A stretch of 39,089 nucleotides of DNA from Reclinomonas americana ATCC 50394 (Eukaryota). Under the pieces are notes generated by a model, which was not told where the DNA came from, did no database searches, and saw only the letters and a program-made list of their open reading frames with translations. Position numbers and translations under genes: made by a program. The stretch is taken from NCBI GenBank assembly GCA_048213135.1, contig PS015149.1, forward strand, positions 44,011 to 83,099, in the 5' to 3' direction. Numbering within the stretch: position 1 is the stretch's first letter; every line of letters begins with the position of its first letter. Below are positions 29,890 through 39,089 of this stretch, piece by piece.

Positions 29890-32800
29890 ATCACGAGTTG
29901 TCCCTCCTGTCAAGTGCGTTCTCTCCACTGCGTGTCTGCACTCCGCTGCTCACATTGTGTGTGTGAAAAGGCCGACATTGAGCAGCGCGGATGACTGGAG
30001 TGGTCAGTAGAGATCCATTGGTTGCGTGAAACCGTGTTGTGCTTCAATTCGAACATGAACATGTCGCGATGTACAGTGTCGTCCCGTTTCGAGAGTCCGG
30101 CTCGCGCAACACCGCCCTCGCATGCCAGTTGCGCTGAGCTGTTTGCTTAGTTGCACTCACGTTGTATGAGTGGTGGCGATATGATTGTTTTTCGCAGTTT
30201 CCGATGGCATCGGAGCGGCCGACAAGGCAGCCGTGCACGTGTCCAGGACTGCAGAGCGACCGATGGTCCCGCGAGCTGTTCTTCCGCCTCCACCTCCACC
30301 AGCACTTCCTCCAGCTCCTCCTCCTCCTCCTCCTCTTGCACCAGCAGCTCCGCCGAACCACGGCTGCCTGTCCACGTCGGCCGTCACGGCGCCGTATCGC
30401 CGACTGTTTCCGTACGGTACCTTCAATCGAGTGCAGACCGCGTGCTTCCAGACCGTCTACAACAGCGACGAGAACATGGTCATCAGTGCACCGACAGGCA
30501 GCGGCAAAACCGTGCTCTTTGAGCTGGCCATGGTGCGCGAGTTGGAAAAGGTGGCCTCGGCAGCGGCGGGAAGTGGCAACGGCTACGGTGGCGGCAGTGG
30601 CGGCGCCGGCGGCGGCGCCCACTCGCAGCGCAAGATGGTGTACATTTCGCCGCTCAAGGCGCTGTGCCAAGAGAAGGCCCGCGACTGGACCGAGAAATTT
30701 GCGCCGTTGGATGTGTGCTGTTGCGTCGATTTGTGTCCCTCTGTGTGCATGAGGGAGAGGAAGTGCATCTCACTCGGCGGGGATATGAGCAGGCCGTGAG
30801 CTGACTGGCGACTCGACCGAGGGCGACTTTTCGGTGATCCGCGAGGCCGACATTATTGTGACGACCCCGGAAAAGTGGGATAGCGTTACTCGCCGCTGGC
30901 GTGACAACCGTGGCCTGCTGCAGCGTGTGGCACTCGTGATGATCGACGAGGTCTGCATGATCGCTGGGTGCGGGTTTCCATTGTGCGCATCTCACCGTCG
31001 TGCTGCAAGCTGCACTTGCTGAACGAGGATCGTGGAGCAACGCTGGAGGCCGTGGTTAGCCGACTGAAAACGATGCAGCGACTGGAGGCCGACTGTCGTG
31101 TCCGCTTTGTCAGCGTGTCTGCCACCATCCCGAACATTGAGGATCTGGCCGTGTGGCTTGGCGTTGGACAGCTCGGCGTGAATATGTAAGTGGTGCAAGG
31201 CCCTGGCTTTTGACGACCAGGTGCACTCACTCGCCAACATCGCAGATTCGGTGACGACTACCGTCCGTGCAAGCTGGAGACACACGTTGTCGGCTACGCC
31301 GAGCAGAAGGGTCGCACTGACTTTCTGTTCGAGAGCAACCTCAACTACAAGCTGCTTGACATCATTCTGCGGTACTCGGACGGCAAGCCGACTCTGGTCG
31401 TTGCGTGTTGCTGGGTAGTCGCGAACTCGTCCCTGGTCACAGTCTCTGAAGGAAGACAGCGTGCAGTTTTGTAGCACTCGCCGAGGCACCAGCGATGCCG
31501 CGAAGCGCATCGTGGCACAGGCGGCTGAGCGCTCACGTGTGTCGCCATTCATCAGCGACTCGGCACAAGCGCAGCGGTATGTGTGGCGGCCTGTGTTATC
31601 TCTGTGATTCACTTTCTTCTCACACGCATGTGCGACAGGCTAATGGCCGCCAGTCGTCGGCTCTCCGACAAGGTCCTGAAAGGTCGGAGATGTCACGTGC
31701 TATCCTCCTTCACAGCTGGCGCTTACAGCGTGAGTGTCGACAGACACGGTGCCGAATGCTGTGGCCTTTCATCACGCCGGATTGGAACCACCGGATCGCC
31801 GACTGGTCGAGGAGCTCTTTATGTGTGGTGACGTGCGCGTTGTGTGCACCACGTCCACACTGTTGCGTTCCACTTCCTTCCTTGTGAATTGTCAACCTCT
31901 CAAATGCCTCACACCGTTGCAGTGCCCAGGGTGTCAATCTGCCAGCCCGTCTCGTGGTTGTGCGCGGCACGCTGGTGTAGTTGAGTTGCTCCCCGTCTCC
32001 TCCTCCATTTCTGCGACGTCACCTGAATCGGCATGCAGCAAGGACAACCACTACGAGGAGGCGTCGCCCATGTCGGTGTTGCAGATGATTGGAAGAGCTG
32101 GACGACCGCAGTTTGATGACCGTGGAGTGGCAGTCATCATGACCAAATCGTCGCAGCAGTCGCGCTGGGAAATGGCACTGCATGGCTCCGATCCGGTGGA
32201 GAGTCAGTTGCGTCGCACTTGGAGTTGGTTTGTATCCTAATCGATGCTCACTGGCCGACACAGCTTGGCCACCTCGATTCCGGAGCACCTCAACTCGGAA
32301 ATCGTGCTGGGCACCATCACCTCCACGCGGGTGGCCGTCGACTGGCTCAAGTCCACCTTTCTGTACGTGCGCATGCGTCGCAATCCAGTACATTACGGGC
32401 TCAAGGCCACCATCACTGCTGAGGAACTGGACGAGTATCTGCGCGGTGCGTTTTCGTGGTGGAGTTCTTTTGTTTTCGCTGGCCACGCTGCTCATCCTTC
32501 CCCGGTGCAGGCTTGTGCACCACCGTGCTGGATGACCTGGCCTCGCATTCCCTCATTCGCATCGACCCCGACACGGGCACAGTGTCGGCGCTGGGTAAGT
32601 CACTGCGTGATGTTGTGCATGTCTCGGAGTCCTCACTCGCGATCGCAGACATTGGGCGAGCCATGGCGCGCTACTATGTGCGCTTCGGCACCGTCAAGCA
32701 CATTGTGGAAAGCGATCCCGGCGGCCAGTTGGATGCCCTTCTCTCGGTTCTCGCCCGCGCAGAGGAGTTTAGCGAGACGTGCAAGATCCGCACTGGTGAC

Positions 32801-35499
32801 AAGAAGCACTTGAATGCGCTGAACACCTCCAAGGAGCACAAGCTGCGCTTTCCTGTCGATGGTCGCATCAAGACCACCGAGGACAAGGTCAGCGTGCTCG
32901 TGCAGGTTTGTTCTGCATCAGCGCTTGTCTTCTCCGCCGAAGGAAAGGCTCATCAGTTGCGTGCACAAAAAGGCCACGCTGGCGGGCTTGGCGGTCGACG
33001 ACTGGTCTCTGCGGCAGGATGTGACGTACATTTTCACCGGCGGTGCGTTGTCATCTGTTCGTGCGCGAGTCCATGTGCCCACGTCTTGTTTCTCATTGTT
33101 TCTGCTTCAGCTCCTCGCATTTGTCGACTGCTGGCGGCGGTAATGTCGTCGAAGCGCCGTTTTCTCGACATTCGCAACGCCGTGCTGCTGTTGCGTGGAT
33201 TACCCCCGTTGATCCTTCGCCGCACGACCGTGGCTCATGTGTCGCGTTTGTGGGTGTTGCAGATCCAAAGCAGTCGCCGCTCGCATGTGGGAGAACAGTC
33301 CGCATGTCATGCGCCAGCTCGACAAGATCGGTCCCGTCCTCGGCAACAATTTGGTGACCGCCGGTGTCACCTCCTTCCATAAGCTGCTGGATATGGAGGC
33401 TGGCAAGATTGAATTGGTGAGTGGACGTGCTTCCATCAAGAGAGGCAGTATAGTTTTCATTGATGCGCGTGCAGGTCTGCAATCGCCACCCGCCGTTCGG
33501 TGCACAACTGCGAGCCACGGTGGCGTCCATTCCAGTGTACGATCTTGATGTTGCGTCGATTCATGAATGTCAGTGCTCCTCCATTCCCACTCACGCTGCT
33601 CGAGCTCACAGTTTCACCGTGCCGGCGTGTCGACAACGGCGACCAAGAAACTGTCGTTTGTGGCCCGCCTCACACCACGTGCCTTTGGCGGTGGTGGTGC
33701 TGGTGGAGGTGAAGGCGGTGGCAGTAGCAGCGGCCCGGCACAGACGCACAACCTGGTGCTGCTGATTGGTGATGAGCTGGGAGAGCTGTTTTATGAGGAA
33801 CGATTTCGGTGCGGTGATCTCTCACACAGTTGACAATTTAATAGTGGTCTCATTCTTTGACTGCAGGTGCACGTTATCGAGCTCACCAGTGTCGATCAAC
33901 ATTGACATTCCACTTGGCATGCACGGAGATGTGACGGCGTATCTACTCAGCGAGGATTACGGTCCGTGACTCCTCACTGTGAAGATTGATGTGGGCGTGT
34001 GTGTTGACGAAACTCTTGCTTGCTTGTTGCGCAGTCGGTATGGACGCCGACTCGGTGTACAAGGGTCTGCCGCGCGTTCCGCTGCCTCTATCAGAGCGTC
34101 CCACTGACGAGCAGGGGAAACCGAGCAAGGGCAAGGGTGCTGCTGCCAAGAAGGGTGTGTGAGCGACAACGGCGGGAAGCGAAGCATGATTGTATCTCAT
34201 AATCCATGTGACGCGAGCAGGCAAGAAGGCAACAGCAGCAGCTGCGGCAAGTGGTGCAACGGATTCGTCCAAGGCCGTATCGCCGGCGACACCATCGTCT
34301 TCCGCAGCTTCCTCCAGCAGCAAGAAGGTGCTCAGTCTCCGCCTTCCCTTTTGTCATATTCTGTGCTCATTCCTGTTCGCCAGGAGCGTGACATGCTGCA
34401 GATGCTCCGCGAGAGGACTGTTGCACCGCTTGCCACTGAGCTGTTGCGTGACCTTTTTTTCGTTTTCCGCGGCACGCTATACCTCACTGAGCTGACTCGT
34501 GTGGGAGCAGTGAACTGGACAGCGACTTGGACTCGTTCCTCTCCAGTTTCCCGATTCCTCCGCCCCCTCCACCACCACCGCCGGCATTGCCTGTGCATGC
34601 TTGGGGTGCGTACGCGTCGACAGCTACGTTGCCACTGCGCAAGTCAGACAACGAGTTCGACATTGACGACTCGTTCGACCAGGAGCTGGCGACTCTCCCG
34701 ATGCCGTTGCGTCGCGTTTTGTTGAGTCCACGTTGTGTCACGCACTCACGAGTGGCGAACAGAATTCCTCGCACGCAACGTGCACTGGCTCCTCCTCTGC
34801 CGCCACCCCGGCCACCGCCGCCGCCGCCGTCTTCCGTCGGATACCACGACGATTTCGACGACAGTATGGACGCGCTGCTGGCCAGTGTTCCGCTGCCGTT
34901 GCGTGCGGGCAGCGGCGACTGAGTCAACAAGCAATACCCAAGGCACTGACTCGATCCTGCTCTCCAGTACTCGCAGGATGCCCGTCGCTGCCACTCCCAG
35001 TCGCCAGAGATCCTCGGCAAGCACCACAACGATAACGACCACTCATGTCGCACATGCACCTCCTGCTGCTGACCGTGAACGAGTGACCATGCAGCCGCGT
35101 CGTGTTGCGTACTCTCACGCCCCTTTCACTGCTGCTTCGTCTGGCAAGGTCCGCTTATCACCACCACCACCACCACATCACATGCAGCCACTCCTGCGCA
35201 ACAACCTGTCGGAGATGCTGCAGCGCATTCCCACCAGCATTCCGCTCGTCGACCAGCACACTGTCACCAGCGCCGGAACCACTCAGTTTACAGCCTCCGA
35301 TCCCGAACGGTTTGCCGCCCACTCCCTGTACCGCCTTCTCAGTCCGCATCTGAACGCAACGCCACACAGCAGTACGCCTTCGACAGCAGCCAGAACCGGA
35401 CCCCCGCCCGTGCGTCTCTTCTCCGCTGCGTTCCCACTGACCATCGATGCGATGCTGTCGCCCCCGTCTAAGGTGCGCCACATTGGAGGCCGCCAGTGA
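29890..35499 (+). CDS. MER3: Meiotic DExH helicase MER3/HFM1 (5' end in gap), 27 visible exons
   Basis: FPYGTFNRVQTACF, Walker A SAPTGSGKTVLFELA, YISPLKALCQEK, IIVTTPEKWDSVTRRW, IDELHLLNEDRGATLEAVVSR, SATIPNIEDLAVWL, KPTLVFCSTR, TTSTLAQGVNLPA, QMIGRAGRPQFD, Sec63-like region and CNRHPPFG are all MER3/HFM1-typical. 26 introns reconstructed; stop TGA at 35497-35499. Confidence 0.93.
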
Positions 35500-35577
35500 C
35501 TCCAATCACAACAATGAAGCAAAGGCAAGCAGACAGAAGCTGTCGGTCCTGTCCTTCCGTGGCTGGTTTTTCTTTTC

Positions 35578-37044
35578 ATGTCATCGGTGGAGAGCGAAGT
35601 GGCCGAGCAAGTGCGGCAAGTGAGTGCGGGCGAGGAGGTGCGCGCTGTGATCAACTCATGGCTGCGCAGATACAACCACGAGGGCAGAAGTTGCAAAAAA
35701 ACACAGAAATGCATCTCCCACCCCCTCACAAGGTCGATGTGACTCACAACTTTCATCTTCTTCTCCCATTCTCCAGTGATCACGCATCTACGTATGGGAG
35801 GAGGTCGTCTGCACATTCCCTGGTCGCAGCATGACAAGTTTGTGCGTGATTACGCGGCAATCGCGCAGGCACTGCAAGAGAGACAACTGTTGTGTGATGT
35901 CGAGAGCAATCCGCTGGATGTGGTGGAGATGACTGTGCACCATCGGTTGCGTGGGGGATGGAGAAGGGAGGGAGAAGGGAGGGAGAAAGGAGGGAGAAAG
36001 GAGGAGAAGAGAGAAGGAGGACGGGACAAGGGGAGAGGAAGGGAGAGAGCAGAGGGAGAGAAAGGAGGGAGAAGAGAGGGAGAAGGAAGGGAGAAGGGGA
36101 GGAGAAGGGAGGGATAAATGGCAGGCAGAGACAAACACTGCCTTTGGAGATCAGGGGAGAAACTGAGAAGGCGTTTCTCTGCTGCCCTTTCCTTGCTTTC
36201 CCCTTCTGTCGCTGACTTGTGCGACTGGCCTTGTTATTGACTCGCAGTGCGCTGTATCGCTTGGTGGTCGATGGTGAGTCGCTGTGAGTCACAGTTTCTG
36301 ACATCCTCCCGCCTCATGTTGTCTTCGACAGTCGATCTGTACTTTGAGCTGAGCTCGGGCGAGTCACCGACGAGGCACTGGACGCTGGAGCACGCGCATC
36401 AGCTGGCGCAGGAGTGCGTGGCGCTGTTGCAGGAGGAGGGCAGCGCGGTAGACACCTCGCAGGTGTTGTGCCTGTCACGACCGGATCCGTACCTCATGCT
36501 GCGCGCGCAGCATTTCCCACCGCGCATGGGCCGCGATGGGTTCCACTTGGTGTTTCCGCACGTGTACATGAGCAAGGAGGCGCAGGGCGCGTTCGAGGAA
36601 CGTCTCGTGCACCGGCTGCATGCGGAGGTACGAGATTTCTGGAGTGACATTCCGCTGTGGACGAGTGGCGGCAAGAAGCAGAAGCACCAACAACGGCCAC
36701 GGTCGGCATCTGCAGGTGAATCGTCATCATCATCACCGACTGCGGGTTCCGCGGCAGTGGTCGCGCGTCGTGGCGTGGATGTGTGGCGGCGGACGGTGGA
36801 TGTGATTTTGTCGGGAGCGAATGGTGTGCTGCTGCCGGGTTCCGTAAAGTGCCGCAAGCACGGGCAAGTGTGCGCGCCGTACACATGTACAGCGGTGTGG
36901 ACGGGCGCCGGTGCCGCTGAGTTGCTGCCGGAACCGTCGCTGCCGTCCATGGAGGAGACAGTGCTTCTGTGTCACATTTACGGTGACCGCGTACCGGAAG
37001 AAGAGGAGGGAAGGGAAGAGGACGACGAAGACGTGGCTAGGTAA
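35578..37044 (+). CDS. Stand-alone archaeo-eukaryotic primase (AEP/PrimPol) of NCLDV type, intron-containing
   Basis: Spliced product (introns 35690-35776, 35946-36247, 36274-36331): THLRMGGGRLHIPW, VVEMT, motif I YRLVVDVDLY, motif II RDGFHLVFP, motif III region WRRTVD...GVLLPGSVK...PY. A further small exon to ~37248 via donor 37041 is possible. Confidence 0.75.
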
Positions 37045-37276
37045 ACACACAATAATGTTCCTTTGCTTACATCCGAGGAAACAAAAAAAGGAGGTTGTGC
37101 CACATGTCACTGCAGCTGCTGCATCCCATCACGAGGAGGGACGCGACCCAATAATAGAGACAGAAAAACACCACCACCACCGCCCTCGCGGGATAAAAGA
37201 GACTGGAAAACGTGCTTGACGAGGGCCGGCGGCGACCAACAGACGTGACCCCACAAAAAAAGGCGCAACCGGCTGA

Positions 37277-39077
<1,801 letters not shown>

Positions 39078-39089
39078 CTGGTGTGAGGG

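Noticed and set aside
30008-31980. Apparent in-frame TAG codons in MER3 (30008-30010, 31978-31980) suggesting stop-codon reassignment
   Set aside because: Both are removed or split by introns (G|GTCAGT at 30003; TA|GTTGAGT at 31980). TAA, TAG and TGA all appear as terminators in the gene models.
35578-37044. Endogenous giant virus or Polinton insertion
   Set aside because: There is only one virus-like gene here, it carries host-type introns, and no capsid, integrase, polB or terminal repeats are nearby.

Overview
Compact, GC-rich, intron-dense eukaryotic (protist-like) genomic DNA with 7 assembly gaps, most flanked by microsatellites. Genes reconstructed by hand: (1) the 3' part of a giant (>3,200 aa) Thr/Gly/Ser/Val-rich repeat protein that looks like a beta-helical viral fibre/adhesin and ends in a phage/giant-virus tail-fibre-type C-terminal domain; (2) three small hypothetical genes; (3) a TACC-domain coiled-coil protein; (4) a TTLL5-like tubulin glutamylase, head-to-head with (5) splicing factor SMU1, whose 3' half lies on an apparently inverted contig; (6) meiotic helicase MER3/HFM1; (7) an intron-containing NCLDV-type AEP primase; (8) the 3' part of glutamate dehydrogenase. 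The strongest unexpected signal is in the splice sites. By my manual count, 31 of 79 introns in the seven main genes use a +1-shifted 5' splice site (GTTGCGT, also GTTGAGT/GTTACGT) instead of GTGCGT/GTGAGT/GTACGT. The two classes are almost perfectly separated by the last exon base: G in 44/48 standard donors versus 1/31 shifted donors. Family assignments come from recalled motifs, not from database searches.
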